64,000 bases of DNA. Source: an uncultured Thermus sp. GTDB taxonomy: Bacteria; Deinococcota; Deinococci; Deinococcales; Thermaceae. Below the pieces are notes generated by a model. The model saw only the letters and a program-made list of their open reading frames with translations. It had not been told where the DNA came from and ran no database searches. Below, in pieces: positions 40,501 to 49,133 of the stretch. How positions within the stretch are numbered: the stretch's first letter is position 1; each line of letters opens with the position of its first letter. The stretch covers positions 1-64,000 of the forward strand of contig CAMTVD010000002.1 of NCBI GenBank assembly GCA_947085095.1, in the 5' to 3' direction. A program made the position numbers and the translations under genes.

Positions 40501-41221
40501 GGGCCTCGGCTTGCTTGGAGCTGATGTAGTGGAGGGGGGCGTAGGCGGGGTCTTCTCCCTCCGCCACCTGTAGCTGGAAGACTATACCGGGGAGGGCGTC
40601 AAGGACGCTTTCCAGGCGGGCCTGGTGCCTGACCAGCTCGGTGACGTCCTGGACCTTGAGGACGATGGCACCCACCGCTTCGTCCTGGAGGAGGTTCCTG
40701 CCCCACACCCGCACCGCCCGCACCCCGCCCTCCTTGTCCAGGATGCGCAGGCGGTACTCCAGGGTGGCTCCCGGGTGGCGGAGGAGGTCCTCGAGGGCCG
40801 CTTCGCCCAGGGGTCGGTCTTCAGGATGAATGTAGTCCAGAATGAGCGGCCCTGGCCCCGGGTCTTCCCAGGGAAGGTAGCCCAGCACCCCGGTCACGTT
40901 GGGGGAGACGTAGCGGATGCGCCCCTTTTCGTCCAGGAGGTACACGATCTCCCTTCCGTTTTCCAGAAGGGCTTGGAGACGGTGGGCTGAGGTCTTTTCG
41001 GCTTTGGTTCGGGCCTGCTCCGCCCGGGTCTCCCTACGGGCCAGGAAGTACACCAGAAGCCCGGAAAGAAAGACAAAGGTGAGCCCCTTGCCCGTTTGCC
41101 AGCGGGTGAGCACCTCGGCTTCGGGAAAGAGGAGCAGAAGAAGGCGGTCGCTTCCCAGGATCCAGAACAAAGCAAAAAGACCGTAGGCCCAGGCGATTTT
41201 TCCGGCGGCGCTCAGCCCCAT
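37556..41221 (-). CDS. Membrane multi-PAS/GAF HD-GYP c-di-GMP phosphodiesterase
   Basis: Two TMs, about five PAS, two GAF; ETAGHTERV, LHDVGK and HHERWDGSGYP. Confidence 0.92.
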   Translation of the reverse strand: MGLSAAGKIAWAYGLFALFWILGSDRLLLLLFPEAEVLTRWQTGKGLTFVFLSGLLVYFLARRETRAEQARTKAEKTSAHRLQALLENGREIVYLLDEKGRIRYVSPNVTGVLGYLPWEDPGPGPLILDYIHPEDRPLGEAALEDLLRHPGATLEYRLRILDKEGGVRAVRVWGRNLLQDEAVGAIVLKVQDVTELVRHQARLESVLDALPGIVFQLQVAEGEDPAYAPLHYISSKQAEALLGYPVERLLADPAFFFSQVHPEDRAGLEATGRRAVAEPGEVQVHTYRFRHGTKGAWVWLRDTVIYYPETHLLTGYTYDVTLETAQEERFRLLFQAHPLPMWVYNLETYRFLEVNEAATTKYGYTREEFLSMNILQIRPERERQRLLENLKGPRKPLEHSGPWTHRLKDGREILVEIHSHAIEYANRPAVLVVAIDITEKLQAEATRRLLERALQASHEAMLLTDREGRILWTNPAFTQMTGYAPEEALGKNPRFLKSGVHDQAFFKHLWDTILSGQVWRGEIVNRRKDGSLYTERMTITPVQENGEITHFIAIKRDSTEEKKREAALRESEARFRTLAETAPAFILIWQAESAEQPETARLVYVNPEALRLTGYSLEEVRSRPIWEFVHPQDRELVRKQGLARLRGEGVPVHYPFRILTKEGEVRWLDFSAARVELSGKPAILGIGLDITEAKERELTLEGFARLSIALRQSQDLKEMMERGLDTAMAILEAQAGGLLLYEGNPPRLAAEVCRGWLEGLPPAPTPAEKSLVARALAGEVVLSPDLKNDPRTREVARPLIPEGHSGLALPLLAGKEAVGVLLLSWPHPHIPGPREVERAQILAEAMGNAFRRASLREKLAQRLEHLEALRAVDQATAASLDLGPTLEVFLAQALRLPLDAVALFLYRKEEKALVLQGAKGFLTPKDRLPQRIPLGVGHVGRAALEGRVVQVADLSQEPGAHPSFTLEEGLVAEEAYPLFAKGRLLGVLAAFTRRPWDLAPEEEEFLEALVGQGTIALDNALTFQALQRSQRELEAAYDLTLWGWAKAVELRDQETAGHTERVTELTLRLALALGVPEEDLEHIRRGAILHDVGKLGIPDAILLKPGPLTEEEWAVMRKHPVYAHEWLSGIPFLRKALEIPYAHHERWDGSGYPRGLKGEAIPFPARIFAVVDVYDALTSDRPYRRAWPRAKALAYLQEQASKQFDPEVVTAFLRLVEEEGL

Positions 41222-43794
41222 GGCGTACCCGGTGTATTGTACACCCTGGGGGGCCCTGGGGGGCCCAGCAGGTACCCCTGCCCCAGGGGAAAGCCCAGGC
41301 CCTTCAGGTAGGCCAGGGTGGCCTCGTCCTCTATGCCCTCGGCCACGGCGGAAAGCCCCAGGGCTTGGGCCAAGGCCAGGACGGCGGCCACCAAGCGGGC
41401 GGCGGGGCTTTGGGGGTCTGGGGGGCTTCCCAGGGCCTGCGTGAAGACCTGGCCCAGCTTGAGGCCGTCCACGGGGAAGGCCACCAGGCGCTCCAGGCTG
41501 GAGTAGCCGCTTCCGAAGTCGTCCAGGAAGACCCCGACCCCAAGTTCCCGCAGGAGGCGCAACGCCTGGGTGGCGTCCCGCCCCCTTTCGTCAGGGATGA
41601 GGGCGGTTTCCGTGACCTCCAGGACCAGGGCCTTTGGGGAACATCCCGTTTCCTCCAGGACCTGGGCCACCAGGCTGGGGTAGCCGGGCTGGAGGAGCTC
41701 CTGGGGGCTCACGTTCACGTGCACGGGAAGGCCGTGCTCCCTCCTTTCCCGGCAGGCTTGCCGCAACACCCAGGCCCCCAGCTCGGGCATGAGGTGGTGC
41801 CGCTCCGCCAGGGGGATGAACTCGCCGGGGGGCGCCTTGGGCCAGCGGATCAGGGCCTCGAGGGCTACGGTTTTCCCCGTGGCCAGGTCCACGATGGGCT
41901 GGTAGAAGAGGGTGAGTTCGCCCCCGTCCCTGGCCAGGGTCTCCCGCAGGGCCTCCACCAGGGCCATCTCCCGGCGCAGGACCTCCTGGAGCTGGGGCTC
42001 GTAGAAGGCCAGCTGGTTCTTGCCCTCGGCCTTGGCCCGGTAGAGGGCCAGGTCGGCTCGTTGCAGGAGTTCCCCGGGAGAAAGCCCCCTTTCTCCCAGG
42101 GCGATGCCGATGGAGGTGGTGAGGTGGTAGGTGCGCTTGGCCAGGGGCAGGGGGAGGCGCACCACCTGCAAAAGCCTTTTCCCCACCTGGATGGCCTCCT
42201 CCACCCCCCTGATGCCCGGCAGGAGGACCAGAAACTCGTCCCCGCCCTGCCGGGCCACCAGATCCCGGGGCCTCAGAGCGGTGCGCAAGCGGGCGGCTAC
42301 GGCGCGGATGACCTCGTCCCCGGTGGCGTGGCCCTCCAGGTCGTTCACCAGCTTCAGCCCGTCCAGGTCCAGGTACATGACCGCCAGATGGGGCCCTTGG
42401 CTAAGGGCCTGCGCCAGCTTCTCCAGGAAGTAGAGGCGGTTGGGCAGGCCGGTCAGGGGGTCGTGGTAGGCCAGGTGCTGCAGCCTGCCCTCCAGCTCCA
42501 GCCTCCTGAGGAGGAGGCCCAGCTGGCTGGCGAAGGCCTGGGCCAGCTCCAGGTCCAAGGGGGTGAAGGCGTCCTGCCGCTCCAGGTTGTCCAGGTACAA
42601 GAAGGCCTTGCACTCCCCGGCCAGGTAGACGGGCACCGCCAGGACGGCCTGGATCTCCCGCACCCTTCCCGCCTCCTCCATCACCCTTCTCCGCTTGGGG
42701 TCCAGGCGGCGGTTGAAGCGCAAAAGGTCCCTTTGGGTGAAGACCTGGGCCTCCTGGTGGCCGGTGAGGGAGAGGGGTTCTTCTGGGTGGAGGCGGACCT
42801 GGCGGAGGGCCTCGAGGTCGTACCCGTGGGCGGCCACGAAGTGGTAGTGGCCGTCCTCCTTGAGGATGGTGACGCTTCCCGCCTGGGCGCTGGGAATGGT
42901 GTTCATGGCGGCCTCGAGGATGAGGCCGAAGACGGACTCGGAAAACCCCTCGGCCACCAGGGTTTCGTAGACCCGCAGGAGGTTCCTGCGGAAGGCGCTC
43001 CAGCGGGCCTCCCTCTCTTGGGCGAGAAGCCGCTCCTTCAGGTCCACGCCCAGGGCCAGGACCTCGAGGGCCTCGCCGCCGGGGCCGGGCACCGCCAGCA
43101 GGGTCCACTCGGCGGGGTTTTCCCCGTGGGTGGTGGCCATCTGGGGCCGCCCCGGCTGGGCCAGAACGCCTTCTAAGGGCAAGGGAAGCCCCTGGGGGAA
43201 GGCCTTCTTGAAGGCAGGATTAGCCCAGAGAAGCCTGCCTTCCGGGGCCATGCGGGCCACGTAGAAGGGGGAGAGCTCCAAAAGGCGCTCCGTGAAGCGG
43301 TGGACCTCAAAGAGGTCCAGGGTGCGGGCCAGGGCCTCGGCCACCTCTTTTAAGAAGCCCGCCTCCTCCGGGGTAAAGGCCCTTTCCCGCTCACAGTCGT
43401 CCACCCCCAAAAAGCTCCAAAGCCTCTCCTCCACCCAAATGGGCACCGCCAGGAGGCTTTGGATCTCCTGGGCCTCCAGAAGGGGCCTTTCTTCTTCGGG
43501 GAAGGTGCGCACGGGCCCGCTTATGGCCCCGTCCCGCAAAAAGGCCTCCAGCCAGCGGCCGTAGCCCGCTTCTCCCAGGGGCAGGTTCTGCAGGGCGGGG
43601 TTCTGGATCTGGGGAGCGGCCCCGGGGCCCGCCCACTCCGCCAGCTGGGAGGTGTACCAGCGCCCCTCCCGCTCCTCCAGGCGAAAGAGGTAGGCCCGGT
43701 GGGCCTGGAGGGCCTGGCCCAGGGCCTCTAGGGTTAAAGGAAGGCCGGAGAGACCTTGCCGCAAAAGGGGCAGGAGGACCTGGTGCCGGTCCAT
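41212..43794 (-). CDS. GAF/PAS/GAF-GGDEF-EAL protein
   Basis: DPLTGLPNR, GGDEF, EALIRW, DDFGSGYSS, AEGIE and QGY. Confidence 0.93.
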   Translation of the reverse strand: MDRHQVLLPLLRQGLSGLPLTLEALGQALQAHRAYLFRLEEREGRWYTSQLAEWAGPGAAPQIQNPALQNLPLGEAGYGRWLEAFLRDGAISGPVRTFPEEERPLLEAQEIQSLLAVPIWVEERLWSFLGVDDCERERAFTPEEAGFLKEVAEALARTLDLFEVHRFTERLLELSPFYVARMAPEGRLLWANPAFKKAFPQGLPLPLEGVLAQPGRPQMATTHGENPAEWTLLAVPGPGGEALEVLALGVDLKERLLAQEREARWSAFRRNLLRVYETLVAEGFSESVFGLILEAAMNTIPSAQAGSVTILKEDGHYHFVAAHGYDLEALRQVRLHPEEPLSLTGHQEAQVFTQRDLLRFNRRLDPKRRRVMEEAGRVREIQAVLAVPVYLAGECKAFLYLDNLERQDAFTPLDLELAQAFASQLGLLLRRLELEGRLQHLAYHDPLTGLPNRLYFLEKLAQALSQGPHLAVMYLDLDGLKLVNDLEGHATGDEVIRAVAARLRTALRPRDLVARQGGDEFLVLLPGIRGVEEAIQVGKRLLQVVRLPLPLAKRTYHLTTSIGIALGERGLSPGELLQRADLALYRAKAEGKNQLAFYEPQLQEVLRREMALVEALRETLARDGGELTLFYQPIVDLATGKTVALEALIRWPKAPPGEFIPLAERHHLMPELGAWVLRQACRERREHGLPVHVNVSPQELLQPGYPSLVAQVLEETGCSPKALVLEVTETALIPDERGRDATQALRLLRELGVGVFLDDFGSGYSSLERLVAFPVDGLKLGQVFTQALGSPPDPQSPAARLVAAVLALAQALGLSAVAEGIEDEATLAYLKGLGFPLGQGYLLGPPGPPRVYNTPGTPWG

Positions 43795-43839
43795 AACCGA
43801 ATCCCCTCTAGTATACGCCTCGGGCATCTGGGAAACCCC

Positions 43840-44184
43840 TCAGGGCCCCACCTGGAGGCGCACCCGGCCTCCCGGGGGCACCTCCAGGGTGAGGGTCAGC
43901 CTGCCCCGGCCCGAGAGGACGTGGGTGCCCGCCTGCAGGGGCAGGTTGGCCACAAGGGCCTGGCCCTCCACCTCCACCCTAAGCTCCCACTGGGTGTTGG
44001 CCACCAGCCTGAGGGTGTGGACCCCGGGCCCAAGCTCCAGCGCGGACACCCTAGGGCCTTCCGCCTCCGCCAGGCGGATCCCCACCACGGCGGGGATACG
44101 GATGCCCACGCCCACGCTAGCGGCGCTTTGGGCCAGGGCCACGCCCCCCACCAGGATCAGGAGGGCTAAGACCAGGTGCCGCAT
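43840..44184 (-). CDS. Small secreted beta-rich protein of unknown function, riboswitch-preceded
   Basis: SD GGAGG 5 nt before ATG; signal peptide ending ALA-Q. Confidence 0.75.
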   Translation of the reverse strand: MRHLVLALLILVGGVALAQSAASVGVGIRIPAVVGIRLAEAEGPRVSALELGPGVHTLRLVANTQWELRVEVEGQALVANLPLQAGTHVLSGRGRLTLTLEVPPGGRVRLQVGP

Positions 44185-44237
44185 ACCCACCTCCTCGGGG
44201 GAGGTGGCGCAAGGGTCGGCGGCATAGCCAAGCTATA

Positions 44238-44317
44238 GCGTCCGGCCGGTTGCGCCACTGGCTCCCCGTGTCCCTTGGCGCCCATCTTGGGATTCACGGT
44301 TCCTCGCCTCCGAACGC
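44238..44317 (-). ncRNA. c-di-GMP-II riboswitch aptamer (downstream copy)
   Basis: CGG-A-GGC-GAG-GA-stem with UGGGCGCC loop-GA-GCC-AGU-GGCGC-AA-CCGG-CCG matches the class II architecture (kink-turn, GCGCC/GGCGC pseudoknot). Confidence 0.85.
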
Positions 44318-44385
44318 CCTAAAAACCTTAGGGCCAGGCTGGGCGCCTGGCCGGCAGAGGGGAAAAAAGAACAAACCCTAGCTGC

Positions 44386-44460
44386 CCTCGGCCGGTTGCG
44401 CCACTGGCTCCACCTGCCCCAGGCGCCCAGATTGCAGGGCAGGCTTCCTCGCCTCCGAGG
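44386..44460 (-). ncRNA. c-di-GMP-II riboswitch aptamer (upstream copy)
   Basis: Same conserved core with a different, covarying internal stem (CCUGCCC/GGGCAGG) and P1 (CCUCGG/CCGAGG). Confidence 0.85.
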
Positions 44461-44490
44461 TGCCTTTAGGGGGCTAGCGCCCCTAGCCTT

Positions 44491-44519
44491 AGGATACTCC
44501 CGGAGCCGCTCTTTGGGAA
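44491..44519 (-). promoter_or_regulatory. Putative promoter of the riboswitch transcript
   Basis: Minus strand TTCCCA-17 bp-TATCCT. Confidence 0.45.
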
Positions 44520-44561
44520 GGGGTCTCCCACCCCACCGCGGCGGGGCCCGTCCTTTGGGGC

Positions 44562-46802
44562 CTAGGCCAGCACCGCGACCCCCTGGGCCTTGGCCTGGTA
44601 CATGCGGGTGTCGGCGGCGGAGAGGAGCTCGTCCGCCGTTTTCCCATCCTCGGGGAAGGTGGCGAGGCCGATGTTGACCCCGAGGCAGAGGCCGTCAAAG
44701 CAGAGTTTCCCGATGGCCTTGGCGTAGCGGAAGGCGGCCTTTATAGCCCCTTCCTTCCCGGTGTGGGGAAAGAGGGCGGCGAACTCGTCCCCGCCCCAGC
44801 GGAAAATCTTGTCCCCGTTCCGCCTTTCCCCCAGGAGGGCCTCGGCCACCTTCCTTAAGGCGAGGTCCCCCACGGCGTGGCCCAGTCGGTCGTTCAGCTT
44901 CTTGAAGCCCGTAAGGTCCAAAACGGCCAGGGAAAGAGGGTAGCCGTAGCGCTCGGCCCGCTTCAGCTCCTCCAGGAAGGCCTGCTCAAAGGCCCTCCGG
45001 TTGGGGAGGCCCGTCAAGGGGTCGGTGAGGGCGGCTTCCAAGAGGAGCTTCCGGGTGCGGCTTTCGTGAAGCAGGGTGGCCAAGGGGGCGGCAAAGAAAC
45101 GCGCCGCTTCCAGGGAATCTTCGCCAAAGGCCTGGGGGTCGTGGAGGTTATCCAGGTTCAGGTAGGCCAGGACCTGGCCCTTATGGGGAATGGGGAGGCA
45201 GAGGTTGGCCTGGATCTCCGTGGCCCTTCCCGCGGTGTCCATGACCTCGGGGGGGGCGGTCTCGTGGCTGATCTCGGCGATGGGGCGCTCCGTGGCGCTC
45301 AGGACCCGGGGCTCGCCCCTCAGGGCCTCCTCCCGGCTCCGGCCGTACCAGAGGAGCTGGGCCTCGAGGCCGAAGGTCACCCCCTTGAGGCCCTTCAGGT
45401 CGTACCCCACCGCCGCCCGGAAGCGGTAGACGCCCTCCTCCAGCACGAGGAGGCTTCCCGCCTCCGCCCCGGGCACATACCGAACGGCCACCTCCAGGAC
45501 CTCCGGGTAAAGCGCCTCCAGGGGCTTTTCCAAAAGGTCCAGGAAGAGGCGGTTCACCGCCTGGTGCCGGGCTCTTTCCGTGAGGCGCTCCAGCCCCAGG
45601 CTCAGGGTGCGGCAGGCAGAAAGGAGGAGGTCCACCTCCGCCCTGCGCCAAGGGCGCGCTTCCCGCTGGCCCAGGACCAGCACCCTGCGGCTTCTCGGGG
45701 CGCCTGGGGAGGGGACGGGCAGGGCGGCGAGGGTACGCCAGTCCAGGGCCTGGAGGGCGGGAACCCCCTGGCTTTCCTCGGGGTAGCGGGCGGTGAAGAG
45801 GGGGCTTCCCGTCTCGTAGACCCGCCAGGCGAGGCTCACCCCAAAGGGCAGGCCCTCCTCCAGCACCCGGAGGAGGCTTGCCTCCCGCACGCCGTGGGAG
45901 GCCAGGGTCTGCATCCGCGCGCCCCGGACTTCCCAGAGGGTCCCCGACTCCAGGCCTAAGGAGGTTACGAGAAGGGCGAGGGCTCCCTCTGCCGCCTCCT
46001 CCAGGGTCTCGGCCCTCGCCAATCCTTCGGCAAGCTCGGCCAGGATTCTCCGCTCCTTAAGGTCCGCCAGGCGGGAAAGCTGGAGGCTGACCGCCTGGGC
46101 AAAGCGCCTAAGGCCCGCTACCTCCTCGGGGAGGAAGGGTTTTGGGCGCTCCAGGTTGAGCACCGCCACCGCGTCGCCCTGCTCAAAAAGGGGCAGGGCG
46201 AGCTCGGAAAGCACCTCCTGACCGGGGGGAGCGATGTAGGCGGGTTCTTTGCGCACGTCGGGGATGTAAATGGGCCGCCCCTCCCGGAAGGCCCGGCCCA
46301 CCACCCCGGTTCCCGGAATCCAGTCCAAGCCTATGGGCGGTCGGCTGGCAAGCCGGCGAAACCCACCCCCCTGGGGCACCCAGACCCCCACGTGCCCCCT
46401 TTCCCCCAGGGCAAAGAGGCGCTCCGGGAGGCTTTTTAGCAGGGCCTCCCGGTCCTCCGCCTGGGGGAGGGCCTCGAGGGCCGAGGCCAAAAGCCTCTCT
46501 ACCCGGGCCAGGCTTTGGGCGCGGCGGTGGGCCCTCCGCAGGCTTTTCCCCACCTGGTGGGCGAGGAGGGCCGAGAGGAGGAGGAGGGCCAGGGCTACCC
46601 CGCTGAAGGGGGGAAAGAGGGCCAGGGCGCTTGCGGCGAGGGCGCTGGCCAGAAGCCCCCAGGGGAGGCCGTACACGCTGGCCACCACCGCCACCGCGAT
46701 CATGAACCAGGGGAGGATGTAGGGATCCGTGTAGCCCAAAACCCCAGCCAGGAGCCCCATAAAGAGGGAGCCCAAGGCGATCACGGGGTAGGGCAGGACC
46801 AT
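44562..46802 (-). CDS. Membrane three-GAF diguanylate cyclase
   Basis: N-terminal TMs, three GAF domains, RNGD I-site and an intact GGDEF. Confidence 0.92.
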   Translation of the reverse strand: MVLPYPVIALGSLFMGLLAGVLGYTDPYILPWFMIAVAVVASVYGLPWGLLASALAASALALFPPFSGVALALLLLSALLAHQVGKSLRRAHRRAQSLARVERLLASALEALPQAEDREALLKSLPERLFALGERGHVGVWVPQGGGFRRLASRPPIGLDWIPGTGVVGRAFREGRPIYIPDVRKEPAYIAPPGQEVLSELALPLFEQGDAVAVLNLERPKPFLPEEVAGLRRFAQAVSLQLSRLADLKERRILAELAEGLARAETLEEAAEGALALLVTSLGLESGTLWEVRGARMQTLASHGVREASLLRVLEEGLPFGVSLAWRVYETGSPLFTARYPEESQGVPALQALDWRTLAALPVPSPGAPRSRRVLVLGQREARPWRRAEVDLLLSACRTLSLGLERLTERARHQAVNRLFLDLLEKPLEALYPEVLEVAVRYVPGAEAGSLLVLEEGVYRFRAAVGYDLKGLKGVTFGLEAQLLWYGRSREEALRGEPRVLSATERPIAEISHETAPPEVMDTAGRATEIQANLCLPIPHKGQVLAYLNLDNLHDPQAFGEDSLEAARFFAAPLATLLHESRTRKLLLEAALTDPLTGLPNRRAFEQAFLEELKRAERYGYPLSLAVLDLTGFKKLNDRLGHAVGDLALRKVAEALLGERRNGDKIFRWGGDEFAALFPHTGKEGAIKAAFRYAKAIGKLCFDGLCLGVNIGLATFPEDGKTADELLSAADTRMYQAKAQGVAVLA

Positions 46803-46836
46803 GTTTGGTCCATTTTACAAGAGCCTTGCCCTTTGC

Positions 46837-48192
46837 CTAGGGGGTAGGGGCCAGGGCCAGGTAGCCCAGGGCCCTTTCCGCCGCCTTCCTACCCGAGCGC
46901 ACCACCTCGGGGAGGCCGACCCCCTCCAGGTAGTTCCCGGCCAGAAAGAGCCCCGGGGCCTTGAGGAGGGCCATTTCCAACCTTTCCCTCCGCTCCAGGT
47001 GCCCCACCCGGTAGGCGGGCATGCCCTCGGGGAAGCGGAAGACAAAGGTGCGTTCCGCCCGCACCTCCTGGCCCAGGAAACGGCGCAGGTCCTCCAGGGC
47101 CACCCTGGCCAGCTCCCCCTCGGAAAGCCTGGCCACCTCCCCCGAGAAATAGGCCCGCACCAGGGACCAGTCCTCCGGGGCCCTCCCCGGCCATTTGTTA
47201 TGGGTCCAGGTAAAGCCCCTCACCCTGTACCCTTCCCCCGGAGCCACGAGAAGCCCGTGCCCCTGCACGGGCAAGGCCTCGGGGAAGGCCAGGCTCACGG
47301 TGGCGGCCGGGGTGTGGGGGATGCCCTTAAGAAGGGCGGTGGCCTCGGGGAGGAAGGGCCTCATGAGGCTTGCCGCCACGGGGGCAGGGGTGGCCAGGAT
47401 CACTGCCTCCACCTCCAGGGGTCCCCTGGGGGTGTGGAGGCGGTACCGGCCACCCAGGGGCTCGAGGGCTAATAAAGGGGTGGCCAGGAGGATTCTTTCC
47501 GCCACCTCCTCGGCAAGCTTCCGCGTTAGGGCGGAAAGCCCCTCTTGGAAGGAAAAGAACAGGCTTCCCCCTTCCCGGCTTCCCCGCATTTTTTTCGCCC
47601 GCATGGCCCCCAGGATGAGGCTTCGGTGCTTCCGCTCCAGGTCCAAAAGCTGGGGGAAGGCCGCTCGCATGGAGAGTTCCTCGGGTTCCCCTCCATAGAT
47701 GCCTCCCGCCAGGGGTGCCACCAGGGCGGCGAAGACCTCGGGGCCAAGCCTCCGTTCCACGAACTCCTTCAGGCTCTCGTCCTCCTTGGCCCCCCGGGGG
47801 AGGAAAAGGTCGTATAGGGCCCTGAGCTTCCCGGAAAGGGAGAGGAGGGAGGTGCGGGAGAGCCCCTTGAGGTCCCCCGGGATGATCTGCAGAAGCCCCT
47901 CGGGGAGGGGGTGGGCCTTTCCCTTGCGCAGGATGTAGGCCGCGGGCTTGGCGGGGAGGGTGCCGATGGGCGTGAGGCCGAAGCGCTCCCCTAACTCCAG
48001 GACCTCCTTCTTGTAGCGCACGCTGGCGTCCGGGCCCCCTTCCACCAGGAAGCCCTCCCCCTTGTGGGTGCGCACCTTGCCCCCCAGGCGGGGGCTTGCC
48101 TCCAGGAGGAGGAAGTCCACCCCCGCCTCCTTCAGGGCCAAGGCGGCGGAAAGCCCCGCCCATCCTCCTCCCACCACGGCTACCTGAGCCAC
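46837..48192 (-). CDS. hemY: Coproporphyrinogen/protoporphyrinogen oxidase (HemY/CgoX)
   Basis: GGGWAGL FAD motif, RLGGKV, EGGPD and GIYGG. Confidence 0.92.
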   Translation of the reverse strand: MAQVAVVGGGWAGLSAALALKEAGVDFLLLEASPRLGGKVRTHKGEGFLVEGGPDASVRYKKEVLELGERFGLTPIGTLPAKPAAYILRKGKAHPLPEGLLQIIPGDLKGLSRTSLLSLSGKLRALYDLFLPRGAKEDESLKEFVERRLGPEVFAALVAPLAGGIYGGEPEELSMRAAFPQLLDLERKHRSLILGAMRAKKMRGSREGGSLFFSFQEGLSALTRKLAEEVAERILLATPLLALEPLGGRYRLHTPRGPLEVEAVILATPAPVAASLMRPFLPEATALLKGIPHTPAATVSLAFPEALPVQGHGLLVAPGEGYRVRGFTWTHNKWPGRAPEDWSLVRAYFSGEVARLSEGELARVALEDLRRFLGQEVRAERTFVFRFPEGMPAYRVGHLERRERLEMALLKAPGLFLAGNYLEGVGLPEVVRSGRKAAERALGYLALAPTP

Positions 48193-49133
48193 GCTGCCTC
48201 CACCAGCTCCTTAAGCACCTGGATGTAGTCCAGATCGGCGTTGAGGCTCCGGGCCCGGATGAGCCTTAGTCCCACCTCCTGGGCGGTGGCCTGGGCCTCG
48301 AGGTCCAGGTCGTAGTAGACCTCCAGGTGGTCGGCGGGGAAGCCCACCGCCTGGACCACCACCTCCTCAAAGCCCTCCTCCCTTAGGGCCCTTAAGTGCT
48401 CGTTGATGTCGGGCCCAAGCCAGGGCTCGGGGGTGCGCCCCGCGGACTGGTAGGCCACGCTAAAGCGGGGCAGGGCAAGCCTCTTGGCGATGAGCTCCGC
48501 CGTCCTCTCCACCTGCCGGGGGTAGGGGTCGCCCCGTTCCACCGCCGAGAGGGGGATGGAGTGGGCGGTGAAGACGTAGGCGGCCTTCCTGGGCTCCCTA
48601 AGCCGCCATATGGCCTCCTCCAGCCTCCTGGCGTAGGCGGCAATCAGGCTGGGATGGGCCTCGTAGCTTTCCACCCAGACCATCTCGATGGGCTCGGGGA
48701 GGGACTTTAGGGCGGCTTCCACCTTCTCCTGGTACTCCGCCACGCTCCTTAGGGAGTAATGGGGGGCGGCCACGATGGCCACCGCCCGCCTCACCCCATC
48801 CTCGTGCATGGCGGCGATGGCCTCCCCGATGGAGGGATGCCAGTGCTTGGTGCCCACGTAGACCCGGGCCGGCCCCTGGGGGATGCGGGGGCCGAAGGGG
48901 CCCAGGAGGCGCTTGGGGTAGGCGGGGGCCTCGAGGTTCAAAAGCGCCTGGAGCCTGATGGCCTGAACCAGGGTGATTTCGTTCAGGGGGCTTTTGCCGA
49001 TGGCGTGGTAGCGCTCTTCCAGCTCCCTCACCAGCTCCTCGGAAGGACGCCTTCCCCGGCGGATGTCCGTGTAGTAGGGTTCGATCTCTTCCGGGGTGTA
49101 GGGGGTGCCGTAGGCCATGAGGAGTACGTTCAT
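48180..49133 (-). CDS. hemH: Ferrochelatase (HemH/CpfC)
   Basis: LLMAYGTP, FTAHSIP, WLGPD and DHLEVYYDLD. Confidence 0.95.
   Translation of the reverse strand: MNVLLMAYGTPYTPEEIEPYYTDIRRGRRPSEELVRELEERYHAIGKSPLNEITLVQAIRLQALLNLEAPAYPKRLLGPFGPRIPQGPARVYVGTKHWHPSIGEAIAAMHEDGVRRAVAIVAAPHYSLRSVAEYQEKVEAALKSLPEPIEMVWVESYEAHPSLIAAYARRLEEAIWRLREPRKAAYVFTAHSIPLSAVERGDPYPRQVERTAELIAKRLALPRFSVAYQSAGRTPEPWLGPDINEHLRALREEGFEEVVVQAVGFPADHLEVYYDLDLEAQATAQEVGLRLIRARSLNADLDYIQVLKELVEAAWLR

Noticed and set aside
44238..44460. Two similar repeats read as a mini-CRISPR or simple duplication
   Set aside because: Only two copies with internal covarying stems and no cas genes; the pattern fits riboswitch aptamers.
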